Origin: Clostridium sp.
Lineage (GTDB): Bacteria > Bacillota > Clostridia > Clostridiales > Clostridiaceae
Assembly (NCBI RefSeq): GCF_036643715.1
Contig: NZ_JAVXRL010000008.1
Location: 2,722-66,721 of the forward strand
Direction: 5' to 3'
Length of the DNA stretch: 64,000 nt
The position numbers and the translations under genes are program-made. The notes under the pieces were generated by a model, which ran no database searches, had not been told where the DNA came from, and saw only the letters and a program-made list of their open reading frames with translations. Of this stretch, positions 19,747 through 29,966 are shown piece by piece. Position 1 is the first letter of the stretch, and each line of letters opens with the position of its first letter.

Positions 19747-19829
19747 CAAAGTTGTTAATTGATTAACAAATTCCGTGTTCATTTCATTTTATTTTATATA
19801 GAGCAGAAAATCTGTTCTATATTTTTTTT
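19747..19829 (+). ncRNA. Putative ~80-nt small RNA divergent from perR
   Basis: Lies between the promoter at 19713-41 and terminator atatagagcaga-aaa-tctgttctatat-T7. The next gene has a separate promoter. No ORF. Confidence 0.5.
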
Positions 19830-19877
19830 GAACAATTTTAATAATAAGTGAATTTAATTTTAAAAGTGAAAGTTTAG

Positions 19878-19906
19878 TTGAATATGACGATTTAAAGTGC
19901 TAATAT
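19878..19906 (+). promoter_or_regulatory. SigmaA promoter with extended -10 for the 19943 gene
   Basis: TTGAAT, 17 nt, TG-n-TAATAT. Confidence 0.55.
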
Positions 19907-19942
19907 AAAAATATAAGAGAGTTTAATAAGGAGGCTAAAGTT

Positions 19943-20272
19943 ATGGCTAAATATAAAATTGGAGACGAACTATTAATAGTAAACGATCCTACAAAAGAAA
20001 AACAAAGATTAAAAGAGTTAACTAAGTTAACTGTAGATGATGATTATGCTCAAATATCATGGGGTATTAAAATACTAAATGTAGAATATGATAAGCCTAA
20101 TGTGACACTTACATACAGAAATATTAATGGAGAAACAAACAAGGTATTTGCAGTATGTAAAGACATTGAGAATTTTGATCAACAAAAGGTACTTGAAAAG
20201 GCTCTATTAAAGGCTTTCCAAAATGAAATAATAGATATTTCAGTTGGTAAAAATACAGGTATATTAAGATAA
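19943..20272 (+). CDS. Hypothetical protein
   Basis: RBS aaggagg, 109 aa, followed by hairpin agccacatgt-agt-acatgtggct plus T-run. Confidence 0.7.
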   Translation: MAKYKIGDELLIVNDPTKEKQRLKELTKLTVDDDYAQISWGIKILNVEYDKPNVTLTYRNINGETNKVFAVCKDIENFDQQKVLEKALLKAFQNEIIDISVGKNTGILR

Positions 20273-20402
20273 AAATTAGCCACATGTAGTACATGTGGCT
20301 TTTAAATTATAAAATTTTAAAAAAATACTTTATTTTACAGGAAAAATATTATATACTAGTGGTGTAATAATGGTTTCGTTTTCAAAAGGGTGGGGAGAAA
20401 TT

Positions 20403-20576
20403 ATGAGTAATTGTCCATTTTGGTCTTCAGATATTGAAGGGGTAAAGTGTAATTCTGAATGTCCAATGAAACAAGATTTAGAAAAAGAAGAAGAGTGTGT
20501 TTTCAAAGAATATTTGGATGAGACTAACTTAGGGTATGGTAACCTAGTAAATGTTAAAGGTTATAAAGACTTATAA
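20403..20576 (+). CDS. 57-aa four-cysteine protein
   Basis: ATG 20403 after ggggag. C-PFWS-x7-C-x3-CPM-x9-C pattern. Confidence 0.65.
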   Translation: MSNCPFWSSDIEGVKCNSECPMKQDLEKEEECVFKEYLDETNLGYGNLVNVKGYKDL

Positions 20577-20644
20577 AGATATTAAATGAGAATAACATAG
20601 AAGAACAACATTGATATTTTAGTATCAATGTTGTTCTTCTTTTA

Positions 20645-22120
20645 TTATGAATAAAAGTTTGTTGCTGAATGTAGTAAAGTTTGTTTTAAAGACCAAAGAT
20701 TATCAGATAAATCAACTGAATACTCATGTGGATTTTCAAATCTCAATACTTCAGGCCAAAGCTTTTCTGTTTCTAAATTAGAAAATTCTCTTATTTCCAT
20801 AACTGATGGTGAATTATAAGTACAAGTTCCTTCATTAAATATTTTAACCATTAAATCCTTAACATAGTAGTTAGTTATAACTTTTTTCTTCCATGTATGG
20901 ATAGGGTGGAATATAGTTAAAGGCATATTCTCATCTATAGTTTCATCGTGAAGCATAATTAAATCAGCAATAGCTTTATGAGAATCTTTATCGAAAATTC
21001 TTACTGTCTTTTTAAAGCCAGGGTTTGTTATCTTTTCGTTATTTTCGCTTATTTTTATTTTAGGAATTATCTTTCCATCCTTTTCAACTGCTACAAGTTT
21101 ATAAACTCCACCAAAAACAGGTTCAGATTTAGCTGTTATAAGTCTTTCACCAACTCCAAAAGAGTCAATTGCAGCACCTTGTGATAATACATCTGTAATT
21201 ATATATTCATCTAATGAATTAGAAACTACTATTTTACAGTCTGAATAACCAGCATCATCTAAAATCTTTCTACATTTTTTAGTTAAGTAAGTAATATCAC
21301 CTGAATCTATTCTTATACCTGTTGGTCTCTTACCTAATGGTTTTAAAATTTCATTGAAAACTTTAATTGCATTTGGGATACCAGATTTTAATACGTTATA
21401 TGTATCAATAAGAAGTAGGCAATTGTCAGGATAAACTTCTGCCCATGTTTTAAAGGCTTCATATTCAGTATCAAACAGTTGTATCCAACTATGAGCCATA
21501 GTCCCTACTGCTGGAATATCAAAACGTTGATCTGCAAGAGTACATGCTGTTGAATTACAACCACCTATCATTGCAGCTCTAGCACCATAAATAGCACCAT
21601 CATATCCTTGAGCACGTCTTGAACCAAATTCCATAACTGTTCTTCCCTTAGCTGCTCTACATATTCTATTTGCTTTTGTTGCAATTAGAGTTTGATGGTT
21701 TATAGTTAAAAGAATCATAGTTTCAACAAATTGAGCTTGAACTACAGGTCCTTTAACAGTCACTAGGGGTTGATTTGGAAAGACTGGATTTCCTTCAGGG
21801 ACAGCCCAAACATCACAGGAAAATTTGAAATTTTTAAGGTAATCTAAAAATCCTTCGCTGAAAATATCCTTAGATCTTAAATAGTTTATATCATCTTCTG
21901 TAAATTTAAGTGAACTTAAATATTCTACTAGCTGTTCAACGCCAGCCATAATACAATATCCGCCACCATCTGGAACTCTTCTGAAGTACATATCAAAATA
22001 AGCTATCTTATCTTCAATGTTTTTTTCAAAGTAACCATTTCCCATTGTTAGTTCATAGAAATCAACTAACATAGTAAGGTTTCTATTATCTTGAACATTA
22101 AAAGTCGTTATAGTGTCCAT
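20645..22120 (-). CDS. pncB: Nicotinate phosphoribosyltransferase
   Basis: 'LVDFYELTM', 'EFGSRRAQG', 'GTMAHSW', 'LIDTY', 'GIRIDSGD'. Confidence 0.95.
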   Translation of the reverse strand: MDTITTFNVQDNRNLTMLVDFYELTMGNGYFEKNIEDKIAYFDMYFRRVPDGGGYCIMAGVEQLVEYLSSLKFTEDDINYLRSKDIFSEGFLDYLKNFKFSCDVWAVPEGNPVFPNQPLVTVKGPVVQAQFVETMILLTINHQTLIATKANRICRAAKGRTVMEFGSRRAQGYDGAIYGARAAMIGGCNSTACTLADQRFDIPAVGTMAHSWIQLFDTEYEAFKTWAEVYPDNCLLLIDTYNVLKSGIPNAIKVFNEILKPLGKRPTGIRIDSGDITYLTKKCRKILDDAGYSDCKIVVSNSLDEYIITDVLSQGAAIDSFGVGERLITAKSEPVFGGVYKLVAVEKDGKIIPKIKISENNEKITNPGFKKTVRIFDKDSHKAIADLIMLHDETIDENMPLTIFHPIHTWKKKVITNYYVKDLMVKIFNEGTCTYNSPSVMEIREFSNLETEKLWPEVLRFENPHEYSVDLSDNLWSLKQTLLHSATNFYS

Positions 22121-22235
22121 AAGTCAACTCCTCTAAAAAAATACTTAAACCTATTGTACAACTTAAACAGAATTATTACAATATAGTTATTCCCTATTAA
22201 ATGTGGCAATAATCAAGAAGAAGGAGGGAATTATT

Positions 22236-24239
22236 TTGAAGTTAGATTTGTACCAGAAAGAAGCCGTAAAGGCTAAAGAAAGAAATATATTAGTTGTTGC
22301 AGCACCAGGTTCTGGTAAGACAACAGTAATAATAAATAGGATAAGATATTTAACTAAAGACCTTGGAGTTTTAAATAAGAATATTATTGTAATAACATTT
22401 ACTAAAGCTGCTGCTTTAAATATGAAAGATAGGTATGTGAATACTTTTAATACAAATTCTTCACCGTTTTTTGGAACGTTTCATGGACTTTTTTATAAGA
22501 TTCTACTTAGGGAAAATTACAATATAAGAATAATAGAATCATATAAAATACATAGACTTGTTGAAAGTGTTTTAAAAAAATATTTTGATGATATTAATGA
22601 AGATAAAATAAAGGAAGTAATAAATAATATATCATTATTTAAAAATTCAAGAGTGACTTTAGGAGAATTTAAGCCATCTTTAACTAAAGAGATATTTGAA
22701 GATTGTTATACTACATATATTAATTATTGCGAAGAAAATGGTTATTGGGACTTTGATGATTTAGCAGTTAAAGTATTAGATTTATTTAACGAAAATAAAA
22801 GACTGAGAGATGGGTATAGAGGGTTATTTAAATATATATTGGTTGATGAGTTTCAAGATTGTGATGAGCTTCAAATAGAATTTTTAAATATGATGAATGA
22901 AGAGGATAACTCATTATTTGCGGTAGGGGATGAGGACCAATGCATATATTCATTTAGAGGATCTAGACCAGAATATATGGTAACTTTCTCAAAGATTTTT
23001 AAAGATAGTAAGAAATATTATTTATCAAAAAATTATAGAAGTTCATCTAACATTATAGATGGAGCTAAAAATGTTATAGAGTACAACAAAAAGAGAAATG
23101 AAAAAGAAATAATAGCGCATAAAGAGGAAGATGGAATTGTAAAAATTATGGCTCCTTACGATGAAAAAATTCAAGGTGAACAAATCGTAGATGAAATAAA
23201 ATCATTAAAAAAGAATGGCTACAATTATAATGATAATATTGTTTTATATAGAACTAATATGGAGGCTATGACTTTTATTGATGTATTTACTAGAAAAAGA
23301 ATTCCATTTACTTTACTTGATAAAGAATACAATTTCTTTGAGCATTTTATATGTAAAGATATTTTAACGTACTTAAAGCTTGCTATAGATCCTAATGATA
23401 GAAGTGCATTTATTAAAATAATTAATAAACCCTTTAGATATGTAAGTAAAAACAATGTTGAATATGTAAGATATTTTAGGGAGGATAAAGATCCTTTCCA
23501 AATTTTAATGGATAAAAAGGATACTCCACCATTTCAAATAAAGAAATTAGATGATTTAAGAAAAGATATAAATTATTTATCTAAACTTAGTTTAAATAGT
23601 GCGATACAGTTTATAATAAGTGACTTAGGATATTTAGATCATTTAAAGGAATATTGCGATAAGTTTAATCAAAGTATTGATGATTTAGAAGAAATATTAG
23701 AAGAATTTAAAATATCAGCTAGTGAATATAGAACTATAATTGATTTCTTTGCACATATTGAAGAAGTTAAAGAAGAAATTGAGAATTCTAAAAATAAAAA
23801 AGACGAAGATAGAGTTATTTTAAGCACTGTTCATAGAGTTAAAGGAATGGAATTTAAAAATGTATTTGTAGTTAATTGTAATGAGGATACAATGCCTCAT
23901 GCATCAGCAGGAGAAGAGAACTTAGAAGAGGAAAGAAGATTATTCTACGTTGCTATTACAAGATCTATAGATAATCTTTATATTTTAGCACCAAAAACTA
24001 AAGGTGGTAAATTTAAGGAAGCATCAAGATTCATAAAAGAAACAGCATTTGTATCAGATGAAGGAATGTCTAAAGAATTTAAAAAGGGTACGACTGTATA
24101 TCATAATGGAAGACAAGAGCAAGGAATTGTTGAGGAGTGTCAAGGAGATAGGGTTAGAGTATTGTTTGGAGATGGAATTAGTAGAACATTCTCTCTAAAA
24201 GTGCTTTTAGAACGTAATTTAATTATGATCATACAATAA
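22236..24239 (+). CDS. UvrD/PcrA-family SF1 DNA helicase
   Basis: TTG 22236 with RBS aaggagg. 'AAPGSGKTT', 'DEFQD', 'VGDEDQCIYSFRG', 'STVHRVKGMEF', 'EERRLFYVAITR', Tudor-like C-terminal tail. Confidence 0.9.
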   Translation: MKLDLYQKEAVKAKERNILVVAAPGSGKTTVIINRIRYLTKDLGVLNKNIIVITFTKAAALNMKDRYVNTFNTNSSPFFGTFHGLFYKILLRENYNIRIIESYKIHRLVESVLKKYFDDINEDKIKEVINNISLFKNSRVTLGEFKPSLTKEIFEDCYTTYINYCEENGYWDFDDLAVKVLDLFNENKRLRDGYRGLFKYILVDEFQDCDELQIEFLNMMNEEDNSLFAVGDEDQCIYSFRGSRPEYMVTFSKIFKDSKKYYLSKNYRSSSNIIDGAKNVIEYNKKRNEKEIIAHKEEDGIVKIMAPYDEKIQGEQIVDEIKSLKKNGYNYNDNIVLYRTNMEAMTFIDVFTRKRIPFTLLDKEYNFFEHFICKDILTYLKLAIDPNDRSAFIKIINKPFRYVSKNNVEYVRYFREDKDPFQILMDKKDTPPFQIKKLDDLRKDINYLSKLSLNSAIQFIISDLGYLDHLKEYCDKFNQSIDDLEEILEEFKISASEYRTIIDFFAHIEEVKEEIENSKNKKDEDRVILSTVHRVKGMEFKNVFVVNCNEDTMPHASAGEENLEEERRLFYVAITRSIDNLYILAPKTKGGKFKEASRFIKETAFVSDEGMSKEFKKGTTVYHNGRQEQGIVEECQGDRVRVLFGDGISRTFSLKVLLERNLIMIIQ

Positions 24240-24366
24240 TTAAGTAGATAATTTTATAAAATATCAAATTTAAATGTTAAAAGATGATATACTTATACTA
24301 GTTATGTTTAAAATTATTTACAATTAATCATTTTAAATTAAAGTTTAATTCTAGGAGGTACGGGGA

Positions 24367-25551
24367 ATGATTGATTTTAGAGAAGAAGCAAATAAAATAA
24401 AAAAAGATTTAATTGATATAAGAAGAGATATTCATATGCATCCAGAAGTAGGTTTTGAAGAAGTTAGAACTTCAAATCTTATAAAGAATTTTTTAGAGGT
24501 TCAAGGAATTGATTATAAAAGTGTAGCAGGCACTGGAATTTGTGGAATAATAAAAGGAACTAAAGAAGGAAAAGGTAAGACTATAGCAATAAGAGCTGAT
24601 ATGGATGCCCTTCCAATTCAAGATAATAAAGTTTGTGAATATAAATCTACAGTAAAAGGTAAAATGCATGCTTGTGGTCACGATGGTCACACAACAATAT
24701 TACTTGGAGTTTCTAAAATACTTAATGAAAATAAACACTTATTTAGTGGAAATGTAAAATTATTATTTGAACCAGCAGAAGAGACAACAGGTGGGGCAAG
24801 TGTAATGATAAGTGAAGGTGTTTTAGAAAATCCGAGTGTAGATAAAGTTATTGGATTACATGTTTCAGAAGATGTAGAGTGTGGAAAAATAAAGATTAAA
24901 AATGGAGTTGTAAATGCAGCTTCAAATCCATACAAAATTAATATTAAGGGAAGTGGCGGACATGGTGCTGCACCTAGCGCAACAGTAGACCCAATAGTTA
25001 TTGGAGCAAATGTTGTAAGCACACTTCAAACAATAGTGAGTAGGGAAATATCAGCTGTAAACCCAGCTGTTGTAACTGTTGGTACATTCCATGGCGGTAC
25101 AGCTCAAAATATAATTCCAGAAGAAGTTGAAATTTCAGGTATTATAAGAACAATGACAGTTGAAGATAGAGAATTTGCATGCAGAAGAGTTACAGAAATA
25201 GCAGAAGGAATTGCAACAGTAGGAAGAGGTAGCGCTAAAGTTTTAATAGAAGAGAGTTACCCTTGCTTAACAAACAATGACGATTGTGTATCTTTAATTA
25301 GAAATGCTGCAAATAAAATTCTAGGAGAAGAGAATGTATTAGAGCAAAAGGCTCCAAGCATGGGAGTTGAAAGTTTTGCATACTTTGCAATGGAAAGACC
25401 AGCAGCATTTTATTTCCTAGGAACTTCAAATAAAGATAAGGGAACAAATAAATCTGCACATAGCAGTTTGTTTGATATAGACGAGGATGCACTACCTTTA
25501 GGAGTAGCAATTCAATGTCAAGCAGCCTTTGACTATTTGACAATGGAGTAA
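24367..25551 (+). CDS. M20D-family amidohydrolase
   Basis: 'RRDIHMHPEVGFEE', 'RADMDAL', 'MHACGHDGH', 'FEPAEE', 'GGHGA'. Confidence 0.9.
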   Translation: MIDFREEANKIKKDLIDIRRDIHMHPEVGFEEVRTSNLIKNFLEVQGIDYKSVAGTGICGIIKGTKEGKGKTIAIRADMDALPIQDNKVCEYKSTVKGKMHACGHDGHTTILLGVSKILNENKHLFSGNVKLLFEPAEETTGGASVMISEGVLENPSVDKVIGLHVSEDVECGKIKIKNGVVNAASNPYKINIKGSGGHGAAPSATVDPIVIGANVVSTLQTIVSREISAVNPAVVTVGTFHGGTAQNIIPEEVEISGIIRTMTVEDREFACRRVTEIAEGIATVGRGSAKVLIEESYPCLTNNDDCVSLIRNAANKILGEENVLEQKAPSMGVESFAYFAMERPAAFYFLGTSNKDKGTNKSAHSSLFDIDEDALPLGVAIQCQAAFDYLTME

Positions 25552-25648
25552 ATAAATATTACTCTAGAGTAATGTATAGAAATAATTAGATGATTAAATG
25601 AGAAAATAATTCACTAAAGAAGTTTAAAATAATAGGAGTGATTAAATA

Positions 25649-26623
25649 GTGAGAATAGAAATAGGCGCAAACGAAGCAGGCCAGAGATTAGATAAATTCC
25701 TTAGAAAATTACTTAAGGACGTACCACTAAGTGCTATATTTAAAGCATTAAGAAAAGGTGATGTTAGAGTAAATGGAAAAAAACAAAAAGAAAAATATGC
25801 ACTTGAAATTAATGACGTAATAGAAATAAAATATCTTCAAAGCCAAAAGATGACAGAGAAGAAAGTTGATACTTTTATAAAAGTTGATGCATGTGGTTTA
25901 AAGTCAGTATATGAAGATAATAATCTATTAGTAGTTGAAAAGTGGCCTGGTGTTTTAGTACATCCAGATACAAATAAGAAGATACCAACACTTACTGATT
26001 ATGTTTTATCATATTTAAATGAAAAGGGAGATTATATTCCTGAAGAGGAAATAACATTTACTCCAGCTCCATGTAACAGACTAGATAGAAATACATCAGG
26101 AGTAGTTATGTTTGGTAAGAACTTTGAAAGTTTGAGAGAACTTAATGAAATAATTAGAGAAGGAAAAGTAAAGAAATACTACATGGCTCTAGTTAAAGGA
26201 AGAATTAAGGATGGCTTATATAAAGGTTACATATTAAAGAATGAAGAAGCTAATATATCAAGAATATTTGATAAAAAAGTTAAAGATTCAAAAGAAATAT
26301 CAATGGAAGTTAAAACTTTAGAAAGTGATGGAGCATTCTCACTTTTAGAAATTGATTTAATAACAGGAAGAAGTCATCAAATTAGAGCACACTTATCACA
26401 TTTAGGTAATCCTATAGTAGGAGATTCTAAGTATGGTGATAAAGTACTAAATTCACACTTCTTCAACAAGTATGGTTTAGACTATCAATTTTTATATGCA
26501 TATAAATTGAACTTTAAGAATACAGATGGAAAGCTTGAATATTTAAAGAATAAAGTTATAACTCAAGCATTACCACCAATATTTAAAAAGATTAAGTACG
26601 ATACATTTAAAATTAGATTATAG
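25649..26623 (+). CDS. RluA/RluC-family rRNA pseudouridine synthase with S4 domain
   Basis: GTG start. 'QRLDKFL', catalytic 'NRLDRNTSG', 'TGRSHQIRAH'. Confidence 0.92.
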   Translation: MRIEIGANEAGQRLDKFLRKLLKDVPLSAIFKALRKGDVRVNGKKQKEKYALEINDVIEIKYLQSQKMTEKKVDTFIKVDACGLKSVYEDNNLLVVEKWPGVLVHPDTNKKIPTLTDYVLSYLNEKGDYIPEEEITFTPAPCNRLDRNTSGVVMFGKNFESLRELNEIIREGKVKKYYMALVKGRIKDGLYKGYILKNEEANISRIFDKKVKDSKEISMEVKTLESDGAFSLLEIDLITGRSHQIRAHLSHLGNPIVGDSKYGDKVLNSHFFNKYGLDYQFLYAYKLNFKNTDGKLEYLKNKVITQALPPIFKKIKYDTFKIRL

Positions 26624-26637
26624 TTAGGGGATTTAAC

Positions 26638-28257
26638 ATGAGGGAAGAATCATCATCCACTAAAGGATTTATGATACTATCTATCGCTGGTATATTTGGA
26701 AAATTACTTTCAGCTTTTTATGTTCCTTTCTTAACTAGAATTATAGGCACCGATGGAATAGGAATGTATTCAAGAAGTTATGACATCTTTATGTTTGTTT
26801 ACGCTATAACGAGTATGGGATGCCAACCGGCAGTTGCAAAGGTAGTAGCTGAACTAAGAGCTTTAGGAAATGAAAGAGATGCTATAAGAGCATTAAAAAT
26901 TTCTAGAAAGTTGTACGGAATAATTGGAGGAACTTTAAGTGTACTATTATTATTAGTAGCTTATCCATTAACTAGGCTTGTAGAGATACCGAACTCTATG
27001 TTTGCAATAATGGCACTTGCACCTAGTATATTCTTTACAGCAATATTGTCTGCTTACAGAGGATACTTTCAAGGTAAAAATGAAATGACTGGGATTGCAG
27101 TATCTCAAATATTAGAACAAATATTAAATGTAGTTATAAGTTTAATATTTGCAGGTCTATTAGTTAATATAAGCGTTCCTATGGGAAGTGCTGGAGGTAC
27201 TATTGGTACTTCAGTTGGTGCTATATTTGCTGTTTTTTACCTTATTTATATTTACGATAAGAAGAGATTTGAAGAGGAAGCATTAGTTTTAACAACGAGA
27301 GAAAGAAAAGTTTCTTCAAAAGCTATATCAAGAAAGTTAATAAGATATGCATTCCCAATAACACTAAGTGCTGGTATACAGAACTTTGGTGGTATGGTAG
27401 ATATGATGAATGTTAACTTAAGATTGATTCATGCTGGACTTGCGGCGCAATCAGATGCTTTAAATGGACTTTTGTATCAATACAAAGTTCTGCTAGGAGT
27501 GCCGCTTATAATAGTTACAGCACTTACAACAATAGTTTTACCAGCGATATCTAAAGCTGCTATATTAAAGGATAGAAAAGCACTTAGAAGAAATTCTAAC
27601 TTTGCTTTTAGAATAACCTTTATAATAACAATACCATCAGCAATAGGACTCGCAGTATTAAGTGATGATGTATATAAACTTTTATATAGAGGAACTGAAG
27701 GGTCATACCTTATGAAGTGGGGAGCTATTATACTTGTATTTATGGCGCTTGCACAAGTTCAAGGTGTAATACTTCAAGGGGTAAATAAGTTTTACCCAAT
27801 GATAGCCTCTTTTGCTATTGGTATAGTATTTAAGATTGTAGCAAATTATATATTTGTTGGAATAAAATCTATAAATATAATGGGAGTATTAATAGGTAAT
27901 TTATTATGCTTCGTAATACCAGTTGTATTGAATCACAGGATACTTAAGAAGAGTATAAAGGCAAAGATTCCTTTATTAAGAAATTGTATAAAACCACTAA
28001 TATCAGCAATTGTTATGGCGATTGTAATAATTGTTTTAAAACAACCTATAATTATAATACAAAGTTTCTTAGGAGCAAATACAATAGTGATATTTATGTA
28101 TACTTTAATATATACAGTATTACTAGTTGCAATAGGTGGATTCGTATATATTTATTCAATGGTCCTTTTAGGAGGAATAAGAAGATTAGATGTAGAGTCA
28201 CTATCACCAAGAGTGTACGGAATGCTTCCAAGATTTATAAGAAAGAAATTACTATAA
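26638..28257 (+). CDS. MOP-superfamily flippase (polysaccharide biosynthesis / MurJ-like, YabM/YtgP type)
   Basis: About 14 TM segments. 'RGYFQG', 'SQILEQI'. Confidence 0.8.
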   Translation: MREESSSTKGFMILSIAGIFGKLLSAFYVPFLTRIIGTDGIGMYSRSYDIFMFVYAITSMGCQPAVAKVVAELRALGNERDAIRALKISRKLYGIIGGTLSVLLLLVAYPLTRLVEIPNSMFAIMALAPSIFFTAILSAYRGYFQGKNEMTGIAVSQILEQILNVVISLIFAGLLVNISVPMGSAGGTIGTSVGAIFAVFYLIYIYDKKRFEEEALVLTTRERKVSSKAISRKLIRYAFPITLSAGIQNFGGMVDMMNVNLRLIHAGLAAQSDALNGLLYQYKVLLGVPLIIVTALTTIVLPAISKAAILKDRKALRRNSNFAFRITFIITIPSAIGLAVLSDDVYKLLYRGTEGSYLMKWGAIILVFMALAQVQGVILQGVNKFYPMIASFAIGIVFKIVANYIFVGIKSINIMGVLIGNLLCFVIPVVLNHRILKKSIKAKIPLLRNCIKPLISAIVMAIVIIVLKQPIIIIQSFLGANTIVIFMYTLIYTVLLVAIGGFVYIYSMVLLGGIRRLDVESLSPRVYGMLPRFIRKKLL

Positions 28258-28312
28258 AAACAAGCTGTATCAATAACTTTAAAAGTATATTGATACAGCT
28301 TTATTTTATTAT

Positions 28313-29818
28313 TTAATATTCTCCAAATTTTGAATAATAAATAAATGATATAAAAGTTAAAAAAATTATAAGTAAAATTTCTAATGTATTTAAAGGAAAT
28401 AACACAGTTTTAATAAATATGTTTAAAATTAAAAAAGTTAATATAGCTAGTAAAATGAATATAACTACATTAGTTAAAGAAATATCTAAGTAGATTTCTT
28501 TTTTTACTTCATGAAGGTTTAAAATTAAACTGCAAATTGAAGTTATTAATAAAGTCAGGCTATACCCATATATATTTATACTTTTAAAAGATGTAAACAC
28601 AAATAAGCAGACTAAGTCTATTAAGGCGATAATAAGACAATTTCTAACGATTATTCCTTGCTTATTTAAGCCGTTTAAAATTCCAAACATTGTTGATGCT
28701 GTGAAAAATATTGGAGCAGATATCGATGCCATAAAAATATAGCCACCTAAATCATCTCTTCCGTAAAATAGGTTACCAAGGTCCTTTGGTATTAATGAAC
28801 AAATTACTGTTGTTGATAGTCCAAGTAAGAAAGCTAGCTTCATAACCTTCTTTATTCTTATTGATGCATCATAATTTTTACCTTTACTTAAACTTTGAGA
28901 AAGATCTGGAATAAGTAAGGTGTTAATAGATCCAACAACAATTAATGGAATACCAATTAAAGTTGTTGCCATACCAGTGTACTTTCCAATCATAGCTAAA
29001 GCTTCATTATATGCAAAGCCAGCTTCTATTAACCTCCGTGGCACTATGAGAGTTGATAATGTTGAAAAAATATTATTTAAAAACCCATTAATGCAAAGGG
29101 GTAATGAAATAATAAGAACATTAAAAAGAAGCTGAGCCCTACTTTCTGCAGGTTTAGTAGATTTAGGTAACTTAGATACACAACGCCTATAATAGAAAAA
29201 CAACAAAATTAAACTTTGAAGTTCACCAATTGCAAGAGATACATATGCTAAAGTGACCAATGTAGTTAAATTATCTGTACTAAACGCATATACTAAAAGT
29301 GTTATTGTAACTATTCTCATAGCCTTCTCAAATATATCTATTAAAGCTGGTATTTTTATTTCTGATGTACCTAAAAAATAACCTTTTAAAATATTAGATA
29401 AAGCTATAAGAACCATAGCAGGACATGCCACCTTTATTGCATTTATCGTTCTTATATCATTTACTCCATGTTCACCTATTGTAGGAGCGAGAAAGAATAC
29501 TAAAACACCGATAAATATTGCCCATATAACATTAAATATAGCAACAGAGTTAACAGTCTTAGTTAGATTGTTAGTTTCCCCTTTCTCGTGATAAACAGCA
29601 GATACGCGAGAGAGAGCTGCAACTACGCCAGCGGTCATAAGACAAATAAATAAATTATATATAGGCATTACTAAATTATAAAGCCCAATACCTTCAGCAC
29701 CTAGAACTTTTGATAAATATATTGAAAAAGCAAAGCCTAATAAACCTGTAGTTATATTAGAAGCTGTTAGCAATATTGAGTTTCTAAAAAAATTATCTTT
29801 TGCCAAATTTAAATTCAC
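28313..29818 (-). CDS. spoVB: Stage V sporulation protein B (MOP flippase)
   Basis: 'LGAEGIGLYNLVMPIYNLF', 'KGYFLG', 'TLIVPRRLIEAG', 'LIPDLS'. Upstream ATA-N16-AATATTAT resembles a sigmaE promoter. Confidence 0.8.
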   Translation of the reverse strand: MNLNLAKDNFFRNSILLTASNITTGLLGFAFSIYLSKVLGAEGIGLYNLVMPIYNLFICLMTAGVVAALSRVSAVYHEKGETNNLTKTVNSVAIFNVIWAIFIGVLVFFLAPTIGEHGVNDIRTINAIKVACPAMVLIALSNILKGYFLGTSEIKIPALIDIFEKAMRIVTITLLVYAFSTDNLTTLVTLAYVSLAIGELQSLILLFFYYRRCVSKLPKSTKPAESRAQLLFNVLIISLPLCINGFLNNIFSTLSTLIVPRRLIEAGFAYNEALAMIGKYTGMATTLIGIPLIVVGSINTLLIPDLSQSLSKGKNYDASIRIKKVMKLAFLLGLSTTVICSLIPKDLGNLFYGRDDLGGYIFMASISAPIFFTASTMFGILNGLNKQGIIVRNCLIIALIDLVCLFVFTSFKSINIYGYSLTLLITSICSLILNLHEVKKEIYLDISLTNVVIFILLAILTFLILNIFIKTVLFPLNTLEILLIIFLTFISFIYYSKFGEY

Positions 29819-29966
29819 CCCTTTATACTACAATAAATAATATTCATAAGAGTTATTATTTATACTGATTATTTCAATATATAAAATTATGAAATAAAAG
29901 GAATAAAGTATATACTATGTAAAATATAAATTTAATAAGTAGAGAGTTAAGTTGTTGGAGGGGGAT

